Source: Mobula hypostoma | Taxonomy: Eukaryota | Direction of reading: 5' to 3' | Length of the DNA stretch: 64,000 bases | Assembly (NCBI RefSeq): GCF_963921235.1 | Contig: NC_086097.1 | Coordinates: 80,850,001 to 80,914,000, forward strand | Part shown: positions 40,222-51,255 of the stretch, piece by piece | Position numbering within the stretch: position 1 is the first letter of the stretch | How the letters are laid out: every line of letters starts with the position of its first letter | Notes under the pieces: model-generated | Databases searched by the model: none | Seen by the model: the letters and a program-made list of their open reading frames with translations, nothing else | Told to the model about the DNA's origin: nothing | Translations under genes and position numbers: made by a program

Positions 40222-40510
40222 ATAGGCATCCGTTAGTCTTGTGAGACCATGGATTTGCGCCTTGGAAGGTTTCCAGGGCGTAGGCCTGTGCAAGGTTGTA
40301 TGGAAGACCAATAGTTGCCATGCTGCAAGTCTCCCCTCTCCACACCATCAATGTCGTCCAAGGGAAGGGCCGATACAGCTTGGCACCAGTGTCGTCGCAG
40401 AGCAATGTGTGGTTAAGTGCCTTGCTCAAGGACACAACACGCTGCCTCAACTGAGGCTTGAACTAGCGACCTTCAGATCACTAGACCGACGCCTTAATCA
40501 CATGCCAACA
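40222..40510 (-). mobile_element. tRNA-derived SINE with a CORE-like domain
   Basis: The reverse complement has an A-box-like TGGCATGTGATTAAGG, a B-box-like AGTTCAAGCC, and then TGTGTCCTTGAGCAAGGCACTTAACC. Confidence 0.7.
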
Positions 40511-43483
40511 CACTGGTTTGGGATTTTGCTTGGCCACTCTTCCCAACAAAATCCCAAAAGACATACACTTGAGCATAATCAGAACACATAGGATTTGGCC
40601 ATCTATCTGATAGATGCAATATTAAACACAATGTACTCTTGGTACTTTGAAGCCTTACTCTTCTCTGCCAAAACTGCTCATGTCTGTGGGATCACCACTA
40701 CCTCCACCTGTAGTTGCTTCACAAGTACACTGACATAAACACACCCGATTTTACAAAGCCACCTCAATGGGTAAATAAACATTGCAGTTAAATCATAGTC
40801 ATCATAGGATACTACATACCCTCAGTAAACTTATAGTCTAGATTTTAGTTCTCATGATTGCTGGATACTAGATGGGAGCTCAAGCTGAAAATAACTGGTG
40901 CCAGTTACTTCAGATGACATAGCTTCCTGTTTACTGTACCTGACCTGTTTGTTCACAGCCCTGAGTATGTGAAGGACTAGAAGGTGTAATCAGTCAGGAT
41001 GTTACAGTAAATTAACTTTTTTTTTAAAAACTGCAGCTAATGGAAAGCTAAAATCTGAGGGGGGATGAGAGGAAGTTGCTGATGATCAGAATTAGTGACA
41101 ACTAGAGAGATCCCTCTGCAACGTCATTCAGAGACCTGGGTGAGAACAGGGGCTGAGCAGGAAGAGTGGAAGAGTTGGGTGGTTCAGCAAGTCAGACTGA
41201 ACCCATCGCCGCATGCACAAGTACATGGATGCACAAGTACAACAAAAAACTTACAGCAAAGGCACTATCGTTAGAGGCATAACATTTAGAACTAAACATA
41301 AATTACAATACAAATTCTACAACAAAGAACAAAATCACAACAAAAGATCTAAACTAGCCGTCATGCTGAGAGACGGAACCTGGCTCAGCAGGTATTACAG
41401 AAAGTATTGTTTAGGATTTCCTGCACAGCTAGAGTGGCCTTGCACAGCCTTGAGCTATACTGGTACTGGGCTAACCTCACCTTTCCCTGACTAAGACAAG
41501 CCATCTGATCATCTCCACTTCCCTCATGCCTGCCTGTCCTGACAGACCCTTGCTGAGGGTTGCCTGGCTGTGTCCTCCCACTGCTTGACTTTCCTCTTCC
41601 CCACTCACTGAACTGACCGGCTCCCAGATTGGACACTGGAACATTTAGCATCCTCCGCATTGCCACTTCTCTGACCAGTCACCACCTGCCACTGGGAGCC
41701 CTCCCACTTCACGCTGAACAGTGGATTTCACGTACTCCCTGTGTATATTGTGTACTGCTGGGGGAAAAGAATATAACCTTATTCATTTAATGACATTTGT
41801 CCTGCAAGCACACACCAGTCTGTTCATCCATTCAATAACTAGTCTGTTCACATAATTAGGTTACCCTCCATTCAAATGCACTTTAATTATTAAACAGAAT
41901 CATGTCCTTGATTCAGGTATTTGCCCTTTCAATCAATGAAACACTAATACCAATTGGTCCTGAAATAAACACTATTCATATTCGCCCCCAGAGCTGGCAC
42001 GGAAATAGGTGCTACCCACTCAGTACCAGACATAAACGAACAGTCAGTTTTAGCAGTGGCTGATATACTGCTTCCAGTAATTCAGCATTGGGAAATGCAT
42101 CAACGTGAGCAAAACCCACCTTTCTTTCGGCAGTTTCCAAAGGTGAGTGCTCCCAGAAGAGGATGGCAAAATACTCTTTAATGTCAAACTGCCTATTGCT
42201 CCCTTTAATATCATTTCACATCTGTCAAGGTTGCTGACATGGAACTTGAGTCTTACTAGACTGAATAGTTTCCAGTTTAAGTATGTTTAAAAGCCTGGAG
42301 AACAGAGGACAGCGTTAAGATACGTCGTTCCTGCTCAGTATATCAGATAGTAGAGGTGAAGATGCTACAGCCTCAAGGGACTTGCATTCCTGCTGAGTGT
42401 GGGAATAGTAATGCGGATGAGATCATGGTGAAATGTCGACCCAGGTATCCTGCCAATTTTATGTAGAATTTTTATGTTCTGGGACTGTGTTCAGCCTGAA
42501 TTATATTCATTGGTGTGACTGTTTGGACAAACTCTGTCTAACCTCTGAAGATCTTTTCTAGCTTCCTTTCTCCTTTGCCTGCTCACATTTTCCAATTAAT
42601 CCCTACATTCATCGCACTTCACTACCAGCTGGAGTGTTTTGTATGCTCTTGGCTGGGAACATCTTCATCAGTAGGTTCAAGTGCCACTGGAAGAGGCCTG
42701 AGAACAGAAACCCAGACTGATGCCTTAGAACAGTAATGCATGTTAGCAGACAGTTCTTCGCTTCCAAAGGGCATGCTAAACAGACACCCTGTCTGACTAA
42801 TTAGATGGTGTAAAGATTCAAGATTCAAGTTTGTTTAATGTCATTTCTAGTACATAGTGTAAAGGAGAAAAAAAAATTGTTACTCCAGATCCAATGCAAC
42901 AACAAAAGAAAACACAAAAAACACAATAATAAAAAAACGCAACAAATATAAATACAGAAGATAACTTACATACTTATATTGATAGTCTGTCCATAAAGTG
43001 ATGCTAGGCACAGGAGAATCTGCACATAATGTGACTGACAGGAAGTGTAAAAGTAGTGGCCGTGGGAAGTGTGAGAGGGTGGAGGAGTTAATCAACCTTA
43101 CTGCTTGGGGAAGATAACTGTTTTTGAGTCTGGTGATCCTGGCGTGGATATTATGTAGCCTTCTCTCTAATGGGTGTGGGACAAATAGTCCATGAGCAGG
43201 GTGGGTGGGATCCTTCATGATGTTACTGGCCATTTTCTGGCACCTTTCTGTATATATGTCCTTAGTGGTGGGTAGGCTGTTGCCAGTGATGTGTTGGGCA
43301 GTTTTGACGACCTGTTGTAGAGCCTTCCTGTCTGCCGCAAAGCAGTTTCTGTACAATGCAATGACGCAGCATGTTAGGATACTGTCTGCTGCAGGGGTCC
43401 CCAATCTTTTTTGCACCGCGGACTGGTTTAATATTGACAATATTCTTGCGGACGGGCTGACGGGGTGGATGGGGGTGTTCAAG

Positions 43484-44297
43484 TAGGGTTGCCAACTTTC
43501 TCACTCCCAAATAAGGGACAAAAGTAGCAGTCAAATATGGGACACTTGTGTTTACCCTGAGAAAGACTACCATGACCATGAAGCCTTGCGCAGGCACCTG
43601 TGTGCACATGCGTGACTTGCGCATGCGTGTGCGTGCCGATTTTTTTCTACAAATCGGTTTTGGCTTAATCTTCCTGATTCTGTTAAGTAAAACTACACTG
43701 TACATGCATTATTTCTACTTTATATAGGCTATGTATTTATCATATCATTCCTGTTTTAATTATACGTTAGTGTTATTTTAGGTTTACTGTGTTATTGGTA
43801 TGATTTGGTAGTGTGGCGACCCACTTTCCAGCACACACGAACCGGCTCACAAAACAGCGCGCGCCGGCAGAGAGGCTGGCCCCAGAAAGGGCGCCAGGCC
43901 ATCTTCACCAGCAGGGGGAAAATCCCGCATGCGGAAAGGGTCTGGGAATATGCATTCCCCACAGCAGTCCCGCCTGGGGAGGGCGGGAACGGGAAGGATT
44001 TAAAGGAGGCTGCGAAGTTTGAATAAATCTCTTTTATCGCAACTCCAACTCACCGACTACATGTCGTTACTCTAGCACTGTGTGCAGCACACCGTTACAG
44101 TAGGTTATTTTTTGGGTCTGGGAACGCTCAAAACTTTTTCCCATTTAAATTAATGGTAATTGCTTTGCGCTTTATGCCATTTCAGCTTAGGAACAGTTTC
44201 AGAGGAACGCTCTACCTTAGTGGGGGAAATACGGGACAAACAAATTTAGCCCAATATATAGGATGTCCCAGCTAATATGGTACAGTTGGCAACCCTA
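43484..44297 (+). mobile_element. Second hAT-type MITE nested in the first
   Basis: Perfect TIR TAGGGTTGCCAACT / AGTTGGCAACCCTA. Perfect 8-bp TSD TGTTCAAG at 43476-43483 and 44298-44305. Confidence 0.92.
43812..44099 (+). mobile_element. Solo LTR (288 bp), Gypsy/ERV1-like by its 4-bp TSD
   Basis: Ends are TGT...ACA. TSD GTAG at 43808-43811 and 44100-44103. A TATA-like TTTAAA lies near 44000, AATAAA at 44022-44027, and the sequence is CpG-rich. Confidence 0.85.
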
Positions 44298-45015
44298 TGT
44301 TCAAGTTCAATAGTGCGTGACAGGGAATGAGGAAAGGTGCAGCTGACTCATATCATTTCACATCGCCAAATCATATCTATCGTTTCTTCGCGACCTGGTA
44401 GCACATGCTTTGCGGCCCGGTGGTTGGGGACCACTGCTCTACTGCACATCTATAGAATGGCATGAGTATTGATGTACATAGTCCAGCTCTCTTCAGCCTC
44501 CTCAGAAAGTAGAGGCATTAGTGAGCCTTCCTGATTGTGTGGGATGTGCTCTGGGACCATGAGAGATTGTGTGAAATATACACTCTCAGGAGTTTGAAAC
44601 TGCTCACATTTTACACTGCTGTTCTGCTGATGTAAAGAGCAATGTGAGTGGTGTGAGTTCTCCTGAAGTTGATAACCCATTCCTTTGTCTTTTGACATTG
44701 AGGAAGAAGTTATTTGCCTGGCACTAAGTCTCGAGCTCTTACACCTCCTCACTGTTGGCTGTCTCATCATTGGTGATGAGTGCTACCACTGTTGTGACAT
44801 CGGCAAATTTGACAATGTGATTACTCGGGTGTTCGACTGTGTAGTCATGTGTAAGCAGAGTCTACCGCAACGGGCACAGCACATAACACGGGGGGGGGGC
44901 GCGGGGTGGTGGCACCCATGTTGAACTGGGCTATCCTCTAGCTAACCTCACTAAACATGACCATCCAGTTGTATAGCACTGCTGTCTGGTTGCTTGCCCT
45001 GTATTTTGTTCCCAT

Positions 45016-45306
45016 GGATACCACGGTAGCATAGTGGTCAGCTCGACAATATGGCAGACTGGGGTGTCAGAGTTCAGAGTTTAATTCCAGCATCGCCTGT
45101 AAGAAGGCTGTATGCCTTCCCTGTGGAATGTGTGGGTTTCCTCCAGGTGCTCTGGTTCCCTCTCACAGTCCAAAGTTGTTAGTAGGTTAAATGGCCATTG
45201 TAAATTGTTCTGCGATTAGGCTATTATATAGGTGGGTTGCCAGGTGATGTGGCTCAATGGGCCGGGGGGCCTACTCCACACTGTGTCTCTAAATCAATAA
45301 AATAAA
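45016..45306 (+). mobile_element. V-domain SINE (HE1-like)
   Basis: tRNA-like head CACGGTAGCATAGTGG, V domain GTGGGTTTCCTCCAGGTGCTCTGGTTCCCTCTCACAGTCCAAAG, and a CR1-type tail ATGGGCCG...GCCT. Confidence 0.8.
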
Positions 45307-46004
45307 TATATATTACTACGGTGATTACAATTTAAAAATGTGCTTAATTGGCTATCAAGTGATTTGGGGGTTGTGGAGGACTCTATTCGAAGTCCATCAC
45401 CTTCTCACAGAAGAGGAAGGAGAGGGTCGGCCCTTGTGAAATCTCACAGCAAGAACATTTTATCTATTGGTAGAAAACCACTTCAGACTGGTTGTATTTT
45501 CCCAAGCTGAAGAATATATAATTAAATGCCATGTCATCGTATGGTGTATTTATTCATATGTGTAATATTATGTGAAATCTGTGAAGAACCTCAGATAAAC
45601 AAGACGCACCGTATATTCTACGCACGATACTTCAGGCAACTACAGGACAAATACAAAGCATGAGTGATCACAAACAGGACTCGTCTTCTGCGCTGAACTC
45701 ACTTGCTTAACTTGTCGGACCAAAAACACATGCAAAGTAAATGCACGACAGTGTTGTTTTCGTTCGCAAAAAAAAAGTGGACAACCCATTTCATTTTTTT
45801 TGTACCATATTAAAGCAAATAGTTTTCTCTAATTGTAAAACTGCTTAAATATCACACTCTCCTCCCAGTCACGGAAGACATGGGACCAGAACTTCCTCAG
45901 TACCTATAAAGCTTTTCGAGGACATGGTGAGCTAGAAAATGTTTATTAAGAACGTACTGCTGCATACACGACCCAAGAGATCAAGTAACAGATTCAATGA
46001 TCTA

Positions 46005-46245
46005 AGAGACACAAGACGCTGCAGATGCTGCAAACTGGAGCAACAAACAAGATGAGGGAGGGATCTCAGCAGGTCAAGCAGCAGCTGTGGGGTGGGGGAA
46101 GGAGGGGAATAGACAGTCAGTGGTTCGGGTTGAGACCCATTCATCTGGACTGATTCCAGATGAAGAGTCTCGACCCAAACTATTGACTGTCCATTCCCCA
46201 TCCCAGGAGCTGCCTGACCCACTGAATTCCTGCAGCACCTCGTTC
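46005..46245. mobile_element. Older two-armed inverted PLE termini
   Basis: Two diverged hammerhead-bearing arms meet head-to-head near 46152. Confidence 0.75.
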
Positions 46246-47569
46246 GATGGCTCAGGACCTACATAACAAATTGCAGGGCCATGCCGTCATTTTGCAGCTG
46301 CCATCAGGCAGGATGTACAGAAGCCCGAAATTGATTTCAGGAAGTTATTTCCCTTCCATTATTTGGTTTTTCAACCAATCTGCACAAACCTAATCACCAC
46401 CACAGTATAGCAACACTAGGACCACTTTGCACTATGCATAGACATTTTTTTTGTTCTAATTCTGTTCTTTCTTATATAACTTAGTACACTTTTGTTAGTT
46501 TACGTTCTTTCTATGTATGTTGTGCCTCTAATGCTAGAAGCCTGGGATGCTGCTGCAAGCCAGTTTTTCATTGTACCTGCACATACATGTGCACATGGCG
46601 ATAAACTCCACTTGGACTTTGACAAAGTCCCTGTGAGGTTATGCCAAAGCAGACTTTGATCTTGGAATGCAGTAAGAACTGGATCTGTTTTCTTCAGAAA
46701 TTTAATCACTTAGCACTGGTGAATATTGTGCTGCAAAAGAGAAAGTTGACAAGGTCTTGATTAGGTGTACTGAAAGTAAACAACAGCTGGTCCAGGGCTA
46801 TTCTTGCACCAGAGAATGGCGTATTCCTCTCAATAATTCTGCTAATCATTGGATGTAATGGAATATGTGAACATCATTATGGATAATTGGAACACAACTT
46901 CCCTCTGAAAATCCTGCTACTTGGCACAAAATAGAGCTTCATGATGAGAAGCTGGCAGCTACAAATCTGGATACAAAACATTCCCTAGAAAATGTATTAG
47001 TTTCTAAGGTTTCTAATTGTGAGCTTCTGTTGATATCAATGTGTTTATTCATGAGCCTGATGTCCTGAGAAATGTAAACTCAGCTGGAAGCACCACCTTT
47101 CATTGCCATAAACATCACTGGCATCATGAGACCTGATGACAAAGGGTAGGAGTATCCCAAGCTGTGATCCTTGACATCATGCCAAGATCACACCCAGAAG
47201 TACAAAGAGGCACTGTTTCTGGGCAGGCAACATGGGAACGCCCCACGTTGTTGGAGCCACAGATACCCAAGTTGTTACAGGCACCTCTGCTGCCACTGCA
47301 TCGAGCATCTACCAAATTATTATTTGGGGGCATGGCAATTTCCCCCTTCACAAATTAAATTCTCCACTTCTCAGTTTCTCTAATAATATTAGATATATAA
47401 TTAAATAATATTAGATAGTATTAAAACAATTGTTATTTTTGAGCATCTACTTAGTTTCTGCTCAGTATTTTTCCTTCCTTTAGGGTGTTGTAGGAAGAGA
47501 GAGAGAGCAGTCAAAATCAGGCAGAGAACAGGATCTTACAAGGATATGCCGGAGTTCCAGTACAGAGCT

Positions 47570-48737
47570 AAAAACAGAACAAGAAAAGGAAAGTACACAG
47601 AAAGTCAGGCAGCATCTGTGGAAAGAAGAACAGTGTTCAGCATTTCAGCTCAATGAATCTTTATTGAATCCAATGAAGTGAGGAAGAATATTTAAAGTTG
47701 TAAAAGAGGAAGACGGATGAGAAAACAGAGGTGATTTTTTGAGGGATAGAGATCAAGGTTATGCAGGTGACATAACTGCTTTTGGTGCCGTGTATAAGTT
47801 TTAGCTGATTAGTCAGGAGGTGTCAATAGAACATGATCAATGAGGGCAGTTGGAGAGAGAGGGGAAACAATAACATTCTGGAACCATGAGAGGCAGAACA
47901 CAGCAGCTGTTGGTGATCTGAAACCAAAAAATAATGCTGGAAATACTCAGCTCTGCAGAGAAAAAAAATACTGAGTTGATGATACAGGTGAATGACCTCA
48001 CACCAGAATGAGCCAGTCTGACAGAAACAAGAACACTACTTTTCAGAAATTGTTGAATTCAATATTTGTCCCAAGGGCAGCCATACTGTGTGCCTGGATG
48101 GAAAATGAGGTGTTGTTCTTTGAGCTTACATTGGAGCATGTCAAGAACAGAGGGGTCAGAGCAGGAATGGGACAGAGTATTAAAGTGGCACGCATCTGGG
48201 AGCTCAGGGCCATCCTTGCAAACTGAACAGGGGTGGTTTGCAAAGCAGTTGTCCTATCTGCCTTTGGTTTCTCCAACCAATAAGGTTACACACCATGAAC
48301 AACAAATGTGGGTCCCTGAATGGTGTATCCTGTGCAATTCCATAGGAAAATACCTTGAGAATGGGAGCGGCTGGTAGGGATGGAAGAACAAACTCGGGAT
48401 TCTCAGAGGGAACAGTCCCTGCAGAATATAAAACGAGTTCTGGGACGAAAAGTGTGGAAATACAGAAGAGGCTTGCCAATTATGTCAGATACGAAAACAC
48501 CTTTTCCATTTCAAGTAAACATCCCAGAAGCACTGGTATACAAATCAATGGAGACAGAGAAACTGGGAGAATGGAACGGAATCCTTATCAGAATGAGGGT
48601 AGGAGATAGGATAGACATTGTAACCGTGGAGTCTGAAGGCTTGTAATAGAAATTGGTATCTAACCCATCTGAAATGGAGGTAGAGATACGAGTGAAGAGG
48701 GAAAGGAAAAGTCAAGCACGGATTTTATAAAAGTGAG
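47570..48737 (-). mobile_element. Old degraded PLE fragments
   Basis: The reverse complement includes a LIGETKGRLG-like GIY-YIG remnant near 48280 and a decayed terminus near 47600. Confidence 0.6.
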
Positions 48738-48945
48738 CAACAACACAAAATGCTAGAGGAACTCAGCAGGCCAGGCAGTATCTATGGAAAAAGTACAGTC
48801 GACGTTTTGGGCCGAAACCCTTCACCAGTCCTGCTCGAAATGTTGACTGTACTTTTTTCATAGATGCTGCCTGGCCTGCCGAGTTCCTCCAGCATTTTGT
48901 GTGTGTTGCTCGGATTTCCAGGATCTACAGATTTTCTCTTGTTTA
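48738..48945. mobile_element. 208-bp two-armed inverted PLE-terminus insertion
   Basis: TSD TATAAAAGTGAG at 48726-48737 and 48946-48957. The arms are mutual reverse complements over about 65 bp. Confidence 0.9.
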
Positions 48946-48957
48946 TATAAAAGTGAG

Positions 48958-50522
48958 AATGCATTGTATCTGGACTACAGAAGAGGAGGTGCTTGCTGTC
49001 TTGAGGCAAATCAAGGTGGACAACTCACCAGGAGTTGACAAGGTGTTTCCTCATATCTTGTGGGAGACTAGTGCAGAAATTGCAGGGACCAAGTCTTTAA
49101 AATATCCTTAGCCATGGGTGAAGTGTTGGAGAACTGGAGGATGGTTAATTGTGTTCCATTGTTCAAGAAAGGTTCTAAGAAAAAAGCCGGGAAATTATAG
49201 GCCAGTGAGCCTGATGTCAGCAGTGGGTAAATTATTGGAGGGATATAAATATTTGGATAGACAAGCTCCGATCAGGAATAATCACCATTGCTTTTTGTGT
49301 GGTAGGCTATGTTTAACTACCCTTAGAAAGTGTTTTGAGGAGTTTACTACGAAAGCTTATTAAGGAAAGGCAGTGGATGTTGTCTATATAGACTTTAGCA
49401 TGATTTTTGAATCAGTCCTGAATGAGAGGCGAGGCAAGAAGTTTCAATTGCTTGGCATTCAAAATGAGGCACAAGGTGAGGCAGTAAATTGGATTCAACA
49501 TTAGTTTTGTGGAGAAGCTAGATAGTGGTGTAAATGGTTGTCTCTCTGAATGGAGGCCTGTGACTAGTGGTGTGCAAGGATTGCTGGTGGGTCTGTTAGC
49601 ACCACCTCTGGCAGCACATTTCACACACCCATCACTCTCTGTGTAATATACCTACATCTGACATCCTCTCATACTTTCCTCCCATCACCTTAAAATTATG
49701 CCCCCTTATATTAGCCATTCCCTCCCTGGGGGGAAAAGTATCTGGCTATCCACTTAATCGATGCCTCATCATCTTTTACACATAATCAAGTCACCTCTCG
49801 TATACCTTCACTCTAAAGAGCAAAGGGACAAAGAGATCTGGGAATATAGATCCATAATTCATCAAAAGTGGCATGATAGGCAGATAGGGTCATAAAGACA
49901 GCTTTTGGTATATTGGCCTCCATAAATCAGAGCACTGAGTAGAGGAATTGGGATGTTATGCTGAAGCTGTATAAGATGTTGGTGAGACTGAATTTGGAGT
50001 ACTATGTGCAGTTCTGGACATCTGCCTACAGGAAAGATATAAATAAGCTCGAAGGAGTGCAGAGAAAATTTACAAGGATGTTGCTGGGACCTGAGGAACT
50101 AAGTTATAGGTAAAGGTTGAATAGGTGAAATTGTTATTTTTACTGGTGCATCAGAGAATGAGGGGATATCTTATAGAGGTGTTCAAAATCATAAGGGGTA
50201 TAGATAGGTTAAATACATGCAGTTTCATTCCCCTGAGGTCGGGTGGGATGAGATTTAGGCTGAAAAGTGAAATATTTAAAGGGAACATGAGGGGGTACTA
50301 GTCCACTCAGAGGGTGGTGTGATTGTGGAATGAGCTGCCAGTGGAACTGTTGAATGTGGGTTCAGCTGCAAAATTTAAGAGAAGTTTGGATAGGTACATA
50401 GATGAGAGTTTAATGGAGGGCTGTGGTTTGGCTGCAGGTGGATGGGTCTGGGCAGGAAAACAGGTCAGCATGGATTAGATGGCCAAAGGGCCTGTTCCTG
50501 AGTTGTACTGCTCTATGACTCT
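48958..50522 (+). mobile_element. Degraded CR1 LINE with an inverted CR1 3' segment (about 49600-49822) in place of the RT core
   Basis: Segments KPGNYRPVSLMS and LEYYVQFW. The tail is CTCTATGACTCTA. Confidence 0.85.
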
Positions 50523-51255
50523 ACAATGTACAGGCACTGAAGAACCATTACTTTATTCAACATCATAGGGTGATGAAAATTAATTTAATATACAAAACTA
50601 ACATGGCGCTTATGACAACCAAGTACACACAACTGGTTTGGTAGATATAAAAAACTTGAAGTGTTCAACAAAGTCAAACGGGCAGTCGATTAGGACAATA
50701 AAAATAACTTTTAACTATTTCAATCCTTTGTCTTTGTTCATCAAGATCCTGCTCAATATTATTCATAGGGGTGCTTATTGCAGCAGAATCTTTCAGCATT
50801 ACAACCATTACTCGGACAAAGCCTCAAAAGCCATAGACAGACCGTAACCAAATACTTTCAAAGGAACACAATTAAAACACTTATCTCTTTCAGCATGCTC
50901 AATCAAATCATGGCTTTCAATACCATTTGCTTTTAGAATAGCAATGCTCTTCAAATTGAGCTTAATATGTTACTCTATACTTAATTATATCTTCATCTGA
51001 TTGTACATATCTTCCTAGAATCAACTAACCAAGGGGTTGAATAAAAAGTATTCATGAATTCAAATCAAACTTCAGAGCATAACATCACAAAGTAAATAAC
51101 TTAGATTAAAAAAAGCCAATATTATCTTGTCATCACTGTGCTGCTGGAGTAACAATGCTCTGGTTTCATACTTTTTTGATAAGTTGCGATATGAAGGCAT
51201 TATCACCATATACTGTATCAGAAACTTTAATTGTAACTTTGAATTGGAGTTTAAA

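Larger units (their letters stand above)
43392..44436 (+). mobile_element. hAT/Charlie-like MITE, interrupted
   Basis: TIRs CAGGGGTCCCCAA / TTGGGGACCACTG. The 8-bp TSD GTCTGCTG / CTCTACTG has 2 mismatches. An uninterrupted relative is at 61393-61592. Confidence 0.85.
42813..44923 (-). mobile_element. Rex1/Babar LINE 3' half, host of a nested insertion series
   Basis: Segments VKFADVT, SILTCCVIALY and KDPTHPAHGLF. The tail is (TTGAATC)n at 42813-42829. Confidence 0.85.

Noticed and set aside
40222..40510. tRNA gene candidates (also 45016-45100)
   Set aside because: The A/B-box-like heads run into SINE body and tail sequence and do not form a cloverleaf.
42880..43705. 200-aa and 147-aa minus-strand ORFs
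   Set aside because: They are chance chimeric frames running across MITE/LINE junctions.
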